Shown: piece by piece, positions 28,704-37,529 of the stretch
Position numbering within the stretch: the first letter of the stretch is position 1
How the letters are laid out: every line of letters begins with the position of its first letter
Assembly (NCBI RefSeq): GCF_029266855.1
Contig: NZ_JAQSWB010000002.1
Span: 544,106-608,105 of the forward strand
DNA length: 64,000 nt
Source of the DNA: Fluviicola sp.
GTDB taxonomy: Bacteria > Bacteroidota > Bacteroidia > Flavobacteriales_D > Crocinitomicaceae
Reading direction: 5' to 3'
Notes under the pieces: model-generated
Seen by the model: the letters and a program-made list of their open reading frames with translations, nothing else
Databases searched by the model: none
What the model was told of the DNA's origin: nothing
Program-made: the position numbers and the translations under genes

Positions 28704-29148
28704 ATTTCTTCCTGCGCGTATCTGTGATAATAAGAATTTTCCATTCTCCGGAAACCTTTACCAATTGAAAGGCATTTACTCCTTCATGTGAATAAACATT
28801 GTCGACATAAAACGCATATTTGGTCCAAACTGTCGCCAGGTTCTCATCGATTTTGATTTCACAGGAAAGAAGTCGTTCGTCCCAAATTTCGGTGTGAGGT
28901 GTTCCTATCGCATTCAGGAAAGAAGTGATGGAATCCTGGTGCAGTTTTGCTTCACCTTTCTTGTTTATAAAACTGCTGTTTAAAGTTGCATTCGGTAAAA
29001 ATGTTTTATGCACCTGGGCACTATCACCCTTTCTCATTCCGTCGAATAACTGATCAATGACTTTACGCACTTCTTTTTTTTCGGCTTTCTGAGATTGAAC
29101 GAAGAAAGGAACAATAAATAATAAGAAAAGAATAGCTCTCATAAGCAT
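28702..29148 (-). CDS. NTF2-like (SnoaL/lumazine-binding-like) secreted protein
   Basis: VIDQLFDGMRKGDS, IKIDENLATVWTKYAFY, GVNAFQLVK..WKI. Start 29148 or 29142 gives a signal peptide. Confidence 0.8.
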   Translation of the reverse strand: MLMRAILFLLFIVPFFVQSQKAEKKEVRKVIDQLFDGMRKGDSAQVHKTFLPNATLNSSFINKKGEAKLHQDSITSFLNAIGTPHTEIWDERLLSCEIKIDENLATVWTKYAFYVDNVYSHEGVNAFQLVKVSGEWKILIITDTRRKK

Positions 29149-29223
29149 TTGGTTTCTTCTAAGATAGATCATTTCCTTCAATATAAATGAGAACGATGAT
29201 TGATTCCTCCTCATTCTAGATAA

Positions 29224-30399
29224 TTATTCTTCTTCTTTAGTCTTCCGCTTAATAATGGTTCTCGGCTCATCAAAACTTTTCTTCTTGTAAGGGAAAACAT
29301 CTGCCAATTCTCCGCTGTAATAGAATTCATAGGCTACAGATCCAAAAGTGTAGTCGGTGTCCTTGATCTTGTAAATCGAACCGCCAACTGCAGGATTAGG
29401 TTTTGGAATCGATCGCTGGAACCCCAGGTTAAACAAGGAGGCCAGGATTTCCGGACGGTCATCGATCGGGTGACCGGCTTTTTCCCATTGGGTTTTTATT
29501 TCTCTTAAAAATAAGGCAGTGTATAAATAGGAGTAATAATGATTTTCCCATTGAACCAGACGCTGCAAACGCAAATCCAGGGTATCATTAGCTTGTGTAG
29601 CGTAATTGATTGTTGAATCGAAATCCAAAAGAGCTTCGTATTTCTCTCCCGGGTAAAACGCACTGTTCTTCTCTGCCAAAAAGCGTTCGATGGTCATTGC
29701 TGTTCCATTCTTAATTCCGGTTACACCGTATGAAAGGTGGTTTTCCAGTGCAAGGACCTTCAAAGGACCGATATAACGTTTGTAAGATTCCCTGCTGGAA
29801 TTAAATAAACGGATTTGCTCTCCGACCAGGCATGCTACAATCAAACGTGGCTCGACTCCCGTGACATGATATACCGAATCGATGTATTTTTTATCCTTGG
29901 TAACAGCTTGCTTGAAATCCTGCCATTCCGCTATGTTCATCCATTCGAAGACACTCAGTCCGGTGGTTTTCTGCGAAGCGTTTTTATGCTTGTATCTCCA
30001 TTTTGCCAAGGCTTTGCGGTAAGATTTATTCTTTTTCAATTGTAAATCCACGGCATCCAGCATCCGCAGTGCTAATTTTTCGTCTTTGTTTGCGGTATAA
30101 ACCGAAAGAATGTAATTGGCGTTTTTCGGATAGAAATCATTTACGAGCATGATCCGGTTCAGGACTTCAAAACGGTGTTTGATCATGGAAACGGAGTCAA
30201 CTTTGAAAGATTGATCGTATTTGTCATGCATTTCCGAGAAATAGCGGTTGTTCTCGTCTACCGATCCGCCTTCATTTGTCCAGCTGAATTTAACGGCAAA
30301 ATAGGTAGCAGTAAGGATGAAACCATAAGCTGCAAAGCCGTATAGAAGGATGGTGTAAGGTATTTTGAACCATTTTTTCCTTAAGAAGGAGAGTGCCAT
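29224..30399 (-). CDS. Hypothetical membrane-anchored protein, possible lysozyme/lytic-transglycosylase-like C-terminal domain
   Basis: N-terminal TM; GVEPRLIVACLVGEQ, SYGVTGI and SLFNLG resemble SLT motifs I-III. Confidence 0.65.
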   Translation of the reverse strand: MALSFLRKKWFKIPYTILLYGFAAYGFILTATYFAVKFSWTNEGGSVDENNRYFSEMHDKYDQSFKVDSVSMIKHRFEVLNRIMLVNDFYPKNANYILSVYTANKDEKLALRMLDAVDLQLKKNKSYRKALAKWRYKHKNASQKTTGLSVFEWMNIAEWQDFKQAVTKDKKYIDSVYHVTGVEPRLIVACLVGEQIRLFNSSRESYKRYIGPLKVLALENHLSYGVTGIKNGTAMTIERFLAEKNSAFYPGEKYEALLDFDSTINYATQANDTLDLRLQRLVQWENHYYSYLYTALFLREIKTQWEKAGHPIDDRPEILASLFNLGFQRSIPKPNPAVGGSIYKIKDTDYTFGSVAYEFYYSGELADVFPYKKKSFDEPRTIIKRKTKEEE

Positions 30400-30556
30400 T
30401 CGTGTTGATTTAAAACTGGTGCAAAGCTAGGAATAGATTCGGATTAAAGTTTGCCTTTAACAGATTCAAAATTACCGTTCAGTAAATAAATTCTTTGCAT
30501 TCTGTCGTCTTTGCGTCCTTGCACTCTTTGCGGTGAAAAAACAGGGAGATCATGGA

Positions 30557-31153
30557 CTATAATTGAAGTGATAAACCCGCATGAATAACTCCTTTGTAAC
30601 CGAAACCGATCTCAGTAAAAAATGCAAAAGATTTCCCGAATCGGAAACCAAGTGCTTCCAGCTGGAAATTGAAGTAACGGTATTTACTTTCCTGGATCTC
30701 CTCATTGACACCATCGTAATTGACACCGCCTATTGTACAAGCGACTTCCAAACCGGAATACATTTGGAACCATTTCCTCGAAATATAGTGGTAATCAGTT
30801 CCCAATCCAATGGTGAAATAGGAATGCCGCAGGGTGCCATCTCTCATATTATCATAGTATACGTCCGATTGGTCCGATTCAAAATAACCGGCTACTCCAA
30901 CTGTCCATCGATCGGCAACTGCCAACTTGTAACCAAGTCCGAAAGCCGGTATATAACGGTTGTTACCGTAAGACAAATGACTGGATGAAGTATAGCCGTC
31001 TGCCATCATATTTGAGCCCAAACTAAGAGCGTCATTGGTTGTAAGTAAACCGACTCCTGCATATATTTCATGAGTGCCTTTTTCCTGGGAATTTGCCTGC
31101 CAACTGAATAGTAGGGAAAACAAGATTAAAAAGTGAATTTTGACGCAGCTCAT
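30557..31153 (-). CDS. Outer-membrane beta-barrel protein
   Basis: Signal peptide; amphipathic strands; C-terminal GFGYKGVIHAGLSLQL. Confidence 0.75.
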   Translation of the reverse strand: MSCVKIHFLILFSLLFSWQANSQEKGTHEIYAGVGLLTTNDALSLGSNMMADGYTSSSHLSYGNNRYIPAFGLGYKLAVADRWTVGVAGYFESDQSDVYYDNMRDGTLRHSYFTIGLGTDYHYISRKWFQMYSGLEVACTIGGVNYDGVNEEIQESKYRYFNFQLEALGFRFGKSFAFFTEIGFGYKGVIHAGLSLQL

Positions 31154-31219
31154 AATGGATTGTTTTAAGGAAGTAAGTTAGTGAAATTATTCTTCAGAAC
31201 AGGTGTTAACTGAACCAAC

Positions 31220-32644
31220 CTATTTCTTGATCCCTTTAAATGACGCGATCCGGATTTCTTGTGTCAGATTAGAATGTGCATCCGCCAGCTTTTGGATCGG
31301 AACAAAACGTCCTTTGCCAAAATGTGCTGCTTCTTCCATTAAATGTGCATCTCTTTCCCTGGTTTGAATCCCGACAACTGAAAAGATCACACCATCCTTT
31401 GCGTATTTTTGAACTGTTTTTTGGTAGTCTTCGGAGTCTTTATTAAATGCACCGTCTGTTATGACAATGACCATATTCGCTTTGTTCGGATCGTAATTTT
31501 TCATGACTTCCTTATAACCCAGCTTGATTCCTTTTCCACCTGCTGTCATCCCAAGTGGTTTCAGCTTCGAGATGGATTGTTGCAATTCTTCTTTGTGATC
31601 ACCGGATGCCGGACTCTGGAATACTTCTGCGGTATTGGCATAGGTTACCAGTCCCATTTTATCCTGGGGTCTGAGTGTACTAACCAGTTGGTTCAATGAA
31701 TACTTCATTAAGTCCATTTTTTCTCCCATTTTCATGGAACTTGAAATATCAAGAACGAAAACCACATTGACATCTTTGAAATAAGATGGGTCAAAATTAT
31801 CTGTTGGGATTGTAACCAGGTCTGGCATAACCTTTTGGGTTACGGTATCAACACTTTCGTTCTCCATTTGCTCGTTCAATCGTTCTTGTGCTTCCTCCGG
31901 AGCAAGGTGCTGTGCAATTTCGTCGGGTTCAGGAACCGGTTCTTTTGTCGGTATCGGAGGATCATAAGCCGGGTTTTTCGCCAATGGAATCGTTATTTCT
32001 GAGATCTCTGGTCCAACATAAACTCCGGCCTCTTTGGTCAGGTATCCTTCTTTACTCACAATGAAATAAAAGAATCCAGGAGGCAATTTATCTTCGAATT
32101 TCCCCAGTTTACCTGTGATCCAGGTACCGCTTGGTCGTCCGTTATGGACAATGCTTACTGTTGATTTTGAAAGACGTTCTTTGGTCTCTTTATCGATCGT
32201 GATAATCGTTAATTCGCTTGGTTTGGCTGATTTCACGGGAATAGCATTGAAATCAGGACATTTGGTGAGATATTGGTCTTCCGGAAGATCTTCGGTCAGC
32301 TGGCCTTTTAATTGATAGACAACAGGTGCCTCGGTTTGATCGCTCAGGTGTAATTTGACAACAAAGTTGAAATCTCCCTGTTTCTTGGGATTGACTTGTA
32401 TTCTTAATTGAACCGCCGAGTCGGGAACAATCTGATCGGAAGTAAGCCGGTAGGTAACTTCAGGGCTGTGCTCAACCCGCAAAATATAGATCTTTTTTTC
32501 TTTCGGATTCCCGATTTTCAGGTCAATGTATCGGGTAGAACCCGCATCAATTTTCCCGAAGTCAAATACATCATCTGCAATGGTTTGCTGACCACGAACG
32601 GATCCACAGAATACCAACAGACAAATGAGTGATGCAATTTTCAT
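31220..32644 (-). CDS. VWA domain protein with N-terminal Ig-like (DUF1573-like) domain
   Basis: MIDAS motif VLDISSSM, VITDG; N-terminal FDFGKI beta-sandwich. Confidence 0.85.
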   Translation of the reverse strand: MKIASLICLLVFCGSVRGQQTIADDVFDFGKIDAGSTRYIDLKIGNPKEKKIYILRVEHSPEVTYRLTSDQIVPDSAVQLRIQVNPKKQGDFNFVVKLHLSDQTEAPVVYQLKGQLTEDLPEDQYLTKCPDFNAIPVKSAKPSELTIITIDKETKERLSKSTVSIVHNGRPSGTWITGKLGKFEDKLPPGFFYFIVSKEGYLTKEAGVYVGPEISEITIPLAKNPAYDPPIPTKEPVPEPDEIAQHLAPEEAQERLNEQMENESVDTVTQKVMPDLVTIPTDNFDPSYFKDVNVVFVLDISSSMKMGEKMDLMKYSLNQLVSTLRPQDKMGLVTYANTAEVFQSPASGDHKEELQQSISKLKPLGMTAGGKGIKLGYKEVMKNYDPNKANMVIVITDGAFNKDSEDYQKTVQKYAKDGVIFSVVGIQTRERDAHLMEEAAHFGKGRFVPIQKLADAHSNLTQEIRIASFKGIKK

Positions 32645-32782
32645 ACGCGATTGTTCAGTCTAAAATACAATAAATTCTCCCCTGCAAGAAGAATGCCATT
32701 AGGAATTTAACCTGAAAGAAATAAGCGTTAATGAAGAACAATGTTACGCCTGGGTGATCGTCTCTTCTTGAAACAGGAAAGC

Positions 32783-34297
32783 TTATCTTTTTAACTCGTA
32801 TAAGTAAGTCACGTATTGGTCATCAATTTCGCGGACATAGCGATCCATTTTCAATTGATAATCCGATACACTTTTTTTGACAAGACGGAATCCGAATTTT
32901 TCAATTCGTTCTTTTTTGGGATACTTTTCCAAAAAGAAAACGGTCGTTACAAATAAGTTAACGGTATCTTTTTTTATCCTGGTAGAATCCAGTTCTTCAA
33001 ATTTATTGATCGGATTAAAGCTTACGTTCGGATCTAGGTAAAACCGCTCATTCAAAAACCAGGGACTGTAAGGATTAGAATAGGGCATGGAGATCAGATT
33101 AACCGGCTTTCCCTGGTAATTCTCGTGAATAAAACGGGTGATTCCATTTCTGCCTAATCCGGTAGAAGTAGTTGCAAGGATCGGTAAGCCGACAAGACTT
33201 GTCGTTAAAATCCCCAAACTGCATAAACCGATCAGTGTAAGTGCTATCTTTTTTGGAATTGCATCAATAAGTAATTGGAAAAATTGAACAAAAAATAAAG
33301 GGAAGAAAAACAGGATAGGGAATAAAAAACGCTCTTCCTTATGTTCAATAAGGATATGGACCAGGAGAAAACTCAGGATCATCCAAAGAAATACCGATCT
33401 GCCTTTGAAGAGTAAGACTGCAGTAAGACTAAGAAAGATAAGAGATCCGATAAGCTTGGTAGGCAGATGGAACATCCTGTTAAAGTAATAATCCCAGGAT
33501 GAGGTTCCAAAACTGGAAGCGGTATCGTTTAGTACATCGTTCTTAAAAAAGGTCCAGAAATATTCCCAGGGAGTAAAAACCCAGTCGGAATAAAACCAAT
33601 GATCTATGAGTACACCAATTAATAAAGGCAATGAAAAGCCCGCAAATAAAAGGAGGGTTGTTTTCAGTTTGTCAGTTCCGAAGATCAGGTGGTGAATCCC
33701 AAAACCGGCAATGGCAAAAGCAATTTGGAAACGAAACAGGAAACTGAATCCGAAGAATATCCCGGTAAAAACTATTGTTTTCCATGTTTTTTTGGGTGTG
33801 CAAAAGCTTCCCATTGCAAAGATCAAAAAGATCGCAGACCAGGTTTCGGATGAAAACCGGACACCCAAATACGGGACATACCAAATAAGCAATAGAAAAC
33901 CCAGGAACAAATGGTGAAACAATTTATTGGATTGCGGATGTTTTCTTGATTGGATCAGGTGCTTTGTGTTCCTGTAAAAGAAAACGAGTGCTAAAATAAG
34001 CGTCAATCCCGTAATTTCCCTTAATAAAAAAGAAACGGTATAAGGATCTGTAATACCAAACAGTTTGAAGATGGAAATGAAGACAAAAGCGATCGAAGGT
34101 TGAATGGTCGATCTGATTTGATTGTGATATTCCCAAACGAGATCGTTTGGAGTATTCCAGCCGGCTTTTACTCCTGCAAATTCAAGGATTTGAAAATGTT
34201 CGTCCGCATGAAAGAAACCGACACTGTAATATGCTGTAATTGTAAAAACTACAACGGAAATAAAAATGAGAATGGATGTAAGGGATAACTTTGCCAA
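32783..34297 (-). CDS. GT-C fold mannosyltransferase-like protein (PIG-B/Alg9, GT22-like)
   Basis: HADEHFQILE after TM1, WEY, RFQ, HKEERFLFP; about 10 TM. Confidence 0.75.
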   Translation of the reverse strand: MAKLSLTSILIFISVVVFTITAYYSVGFFHADEHFQILEFAGVKAGWNTPNDLVWEYHNQIRSTIQPSIAFVFISIFKLFGITDPYTVSFLLREITGLTLILALVFFYRNTKHLIQSRKHPQSNKLFHHLFLGFLLLIWYVPYLGVRFSSETWSAIFLIFAMGSFCTPKKTWKTIVFTGIFFGFSFLFRFQIAFAIAGFGIHHLIFGTDKLKTTLLLFAGFSLPLLIGVLIDHWFYSDWVFTPWEYFWTFFKNDVLNDTASSFGTSSWDYYFNRMFHLPTKLIGSLIFLSLTAVLLFKGRSVFLWMILSFLLVHILIEHKEERFLFPILFFFPLFFVQFFQLLIDAIPKKIALTLIGLCSLGILTTSLVGLPILATTSTGLGRNGITRFIHENYQGKPVNLISMPYSNPYSPWFLNERFYLDPNVSFNPINKFEELDSTRIKKDTVNLFVTTVFFLEKYPKKERIEKFGFRLVKKSVSDYQLKMDRYVREIDDQYVTYLYELKR

Positions 34298-34320
34298 GAT
34301 ACTTCGGTTTGATTAGTAAA

Positions 34321-34346
34321 GTCCCTTCATGAGGTCATGAAGGGAC
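34321..34346 (-). terminator. Hairpin terminator downstream of the DUF2911 gene
   Basis: GTCCCTTCATGA-gg-TCATGAAGGGAC perfect 12-bp stem. Confidence 0.6.
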
Positions 34347-34355
34347 GTACTTTTA

Positions 34356-35198
34356 TTATTTTGACCATTCTTTCAATGACTCATTGAACATTTTGGTATA
34401 GTTATCGTATTTTGTTTTTTCAGACAAAGCCAATCCTTTTTTCGCAGATTCGATCGCTCCTTTTTTGTCACCCAATTCTGCCTGGATCAATGATTTTGTG
34501 CGAAAAAGCCAGAATGCTTCAGGTTGCATATCAGTAGCTTTTGTTGCCCACTCCAATGCTTTTTTCAAATCTTTTTTATTTTCTAAATAGTAATCAGCTG
34601 CCTCAGCGTAATCATTTGCAGAAGGTCCGGACATCGTTTTGTTGATGTTAGCCATCACTTTAGCATCTGTTGGAACTTTGAAAGGAAAAGTAGCAGATGT
34701 CTGATCCCATTTCAATGTCAAAGTAGCTCCGTTTACAGACTCCAATCCATCGATTGAAATGGTGAATGTTTCAACAACTTCTTTCAATGCAGTCGCTTTT
34801 GAAGAAACCGTCAATGCTACTTTTTTATCATCCCATTTTTCAGGAGTCCCCCAATTTTCCGTATTTGTATAGAAAATCAGATCCCAGGATTCTTTTGTCG
34901 GTTTTGTGTAAAGCGCATAAGTTCCCGGTTTCAAAGAATCTTTCCCGAAAATCAATACATCGGAATTGGTAAACTTCGTGTTTTCGTTTGCACCTGTTCT
35001 CCAAACTTCTCCGAATGGAACAACATCGCCAAAAACCACACGGTTTCTCTTGCTTGGTCTGGAATATTCAATCGTTACGTCCGTAAGACCTACTTTTTGC
35101 TCCAATTTGCCCATTGGACTGGCTTGTGGCGCTAATTGCGCGTTAGAGATTGTACTTAGACCAATCGCTAGAATTGCTGTTGTGAATAATTGTTTCAT
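34356..35198 (-). CDS. DUF2911 domain protein with TPR-like C-terminus (second paralogue)
   Basis: PQASP, IEYSRP, VPFGEVWRTGANENT. Confidence 0.9.
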   Translation of the reverse strand: MKQLFTTAILAIGLSTISNAQLAPQASPMGKLEQKVGLTDVTIEYSRPSKRNRVVFGDVVPFGEVWRTGANENTKFTNSDVLIFGKDSLKPGTYALYTKPTKESWDLIFYTNTENWGTPEKWDDKKVALTVSSKATALKEVVETFTISIDGLESVNGATLTLKWDQTSATFPFKVPTDAKVMANINKTMSGPSANDYAEAADYYLENKKDLKKALEWATKATDMQPEAFWLFRTKSLIQAELGDKKGAIESAKKGLALSEKTKYDNYTKMFNESLKEWSK

Positions 35199-35239
35199 GG
35201 TATTGAATTTTAATTGTTATACAAAAAAAAAGTTGGGGT

Positions 35240-35926
35240 TTAACCCAACAATTTCTCTAAAGCGGAAGCCAAATTTTCGTCGGCATTTCCAAATTTGTTC
35301 ATATAGTCCGTGTGCGATCTTTTGATCACTTCAAATGCTTCTTCTTTGCCATAAACATGAGTAATCTCAACGTTTTTAGCACCTCCGTCCAAATCTTTGT
35401 AAGTCAGGAAGAAATGGCGGACACGGTCAATGACCATTTTAGGCATTTCGGAAATATCTTCGATCGATCCGTAAGCCTGGTCACCTTTTAAAACAGCGAT
35501 GATTTTATCGTCAGCTTCACCACCGTCCAGCATTCGGAAACCTCCGATCACTTTCGCATCACAAATAATATTTCCGTTGTTGAATGAGCGCTCGGAAAGA
35601 ACACAGATGTCCAATGGATCACCGTCACCAACGATGTCTGTTCTTCCTGTTTTTTCATTGGAGAAAGCAGCTACTTCTTTATCGCAGTATGTTTGCGGAA
35701 CAAATCCGTACAAACAAGGCATGTGATTCGATAGTTTTTGGGGTCTGTCAACCATAATATAACCGGATGGTTTGTGAATCTCATATTTGATTGAATCTGC
35801 CGGAATGATTTCAATAAAGGCATTCACAATTGCCGGCTGCTTTTCACCGATCTCAATTCCATGCCAGGGATGCGAAGTAAAACGCTTACTCATCGCATCA
35901 ATAACTGCTTTAATTTCTGCTTTCAT
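35240..35926 (-). CDS. ppa: Inorganic pyrophosphatase (family I)
   Basis: HPWHG, YGFVPQT, GDGDPLDICVL, DDKIIAV. Start ATG 35926, with a TACATTTG box immediately upstream. Confidence 0.95.
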   Translation of the reverse strand: MKAEIKAVIDAMSKRFTSHPWHGIEIGEKQPAIVNAFIEIIPADSIKYEIHKPSGYIMVDRPQKLSNHMPCLYGFVPQTYCDKEVAAFSNEKTGRTDIVGDGDPLDICVLSERSFNNGNIICDAKVIGGFRMLDGGEADDKIIAVLKGDQAYGSIEDISEMPKMVIDRVRHFFLTYKDLDGGAKNVEITHVYGKEEAFEVIKRSHTDYMNKFGNADENLASALEKLLG

Positions 35927-35947
35927 AGGAGCAAATGTAATAAGAAA

Positions 35948-36295
35948 AAGCGTAGCTTTTGAAGACTGAGTCACGACAAACGTCAGTGCGGAAGTGACGA
36001 GGGATAAGCGCCAGTCCGCCGCGGCGGAAAGACTGAGTCACGACACTTACGAAGTATGCACCGCAGGTAAACGTCAGTGCGGAAGTGACGAGGGATAAGC
36101 GCCAGTCCGCCGCGGCGGAAAGACTGAGTACGACACTTACGAAGTATGCACCGCAGGTAAACGTCAGTGCGGAAGTGACGAGGGAGAAGCGTCAGTCCGC
36201 CGCGGTGGAAAGACTGAGTACGACACTTACGAAGTATGCACCGCAGGTAAACGTCAGTGCGGAAGTGACGAGAGAGAAGCGTAGCTTTTGAAGAC
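35948..36295. repeat. Tandem array of about 3.5 x 90-bp hairpin-rich units bounded by a 19-bp direct repeat (BIME/REP-like)
   Basis: Unit starts at 35978, 36069, 36159, 36249; AAGCGTAGCTTTTGAAGAC at 35948 and 36277. Confidence 0.9.
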
Positions 36296-36419
36296 CAAAT
36301 TATGATCCGGGACGTTTGGGGTCAGTGCGAAAATAATTTGGAAAAAAGCCAATAATTAATCTGAATACTTGTCCCGACACTTTGGGATCCGAATATCCAT
36401 ATCCTAAAATCCTGAAGTC

Positions 36420-37526
36420 CTAATGTCCCGAACTCTCAATAATTCGCATATCGCGCTGTGGATAAGGAATTTTTATTTTGTAATGCCTAAACAAACGGTC
36501 GATCTCAAAACGGATCTCTGATTTATAAACATTGACATCCCAGCTCTGATCAGCCCAAAACATGACTTCCATTTGAAGCCCGTTTTCTCCGAAATCGTTT
36601 AAGCGAACGTCTACGCCTTTTGTTTTGTGGACTTTCGGGTGACTCAAAACAGCTTGTTTCAGGATTTCACTCACCAATTGGGTATCGCTGCCGTAAGCAA
36701 CGGTTACCGGAAGTCTGAACCGGGAAAGCGTACTTCCGTGGCTCCAGTTTTCAATGTATTCCTGTGTGAGCTTAGTATTGGGAACAATGAGTACATTTCC
36801 GTCCCTGGTTTCGATTTGTGTAGTTCGAACGTTGATCCGGATAATCTTTGCTACCATCGATTCGGATGATTTTCCGTCATTGATCTCAACTACATCTCCC
36901 ACCCGGATACTTCCTTCAAAAAGTAACACGAAGCCGGAGAACATGTCTTTGAACACGTCCTGTAATCCAAGACCCAAACCAACTAAGAGCGCTGCTGATC
37001 CTCCGAGAAATAGTTTCGCATCAACATCAAGGGCTGCTAATATGCAAAAGAAAGCCAGTACATTGATAATGTATTTGGCAACCTGGGTGTAGATATACTC
37101 GGTGCCGATTTCCGTAATCCTGTTTCGTTTAAATCTCCGCTGAATAAACAAACGGACAATATTTAGAGTTACCCGCGCACCGAATACGATTAGAACAACA
37201 AAAATGACGTTTTCAAAGCTGACCTTGATCTTCGATGTATCGATGAAATGGTAATCCAAAAATTCACGGAACGTAACTCCCTCATTGTTGATATTGAAAC
37301 TCTTGACAGATACATATGCTGCCAGCGCAAAACCACTTTGACTAAGCAATCTCAGCCAGGTAGCTTTACGCCCTTCCAAGTGAATGTTCGCAGAAGTTAA
37401 ATAGCGTTTAACCGAACGGTGAATGAGCTTTTTCAGGATGTATGCTAAGAAGAAAGAAACCGCAATGATCAGTATGTTCACATACGAAACGGCAATTAGA
37501 CCAAGCTTGAATTGTTCTTCCAACAT
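36420..37526 (-). CDS. Mechanosensitive ion channel (MscS family)
   Basis: GLGLGLQDVFKDMFSG, IRVGDVVEI, RTTQIET, IVPN, VAYGSD. Confidence 0.9.
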   Translation of the reverse strand: MLEEQFKLGLIAVSYVNILIIAVSFFLAYILKKLIHRSVKRYLTSANIHLEGRKATWLRLLSQSGFALAAYVSVKSFNINNEGVTFREFLDYHFIDTSKIKVSFENVIFVVLIVFGARVTLNIVRLFIQRRFKRNRITEIGTEYIYTQVAKYIINVLAFFCILAALDVDAKLFLGGSAALLVGLGLGLQDVFKDMFSGFVLLFEGSIRVGDVVEINDGKSSESMVAKIIRINVRTTQIETRDGNVLIVPNTKLTQEYIENWSHGSTLSRFRLPVTVAYGSDTQLVSEILKQAVLSHPKVHKTKGVDVRLNDFGENGLQMEVMFWADQSWDVNVYKSEIRFEIDRLFRHYKIKIPYPQRDMRIIESSGH

Positions 37527-37529
37527 GTC

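Noticed and set aside
16335-34297. Bacterial GPI-anchor pathway (PIG-L plus PIG-B homologues)
   Set aside because: The genes are about 14 kb apart in unrelated operons, and the PIG-L protein is a secreted LmbE-type enzyme linked to an SSS transporter.
36085-36291. 68-aa repetitive ORF
   Set aside because: It is an artefact of the 90-bp (multiple of 3) repeat period, lies antisense to the flanking operon and has no translation signals.
35948-36295. CRISPR or TIGR-like guide array
   Set aside because: Units are near-identical over their whole length with no unique spacers, and there is no cas or Nop-domain gene in the window.
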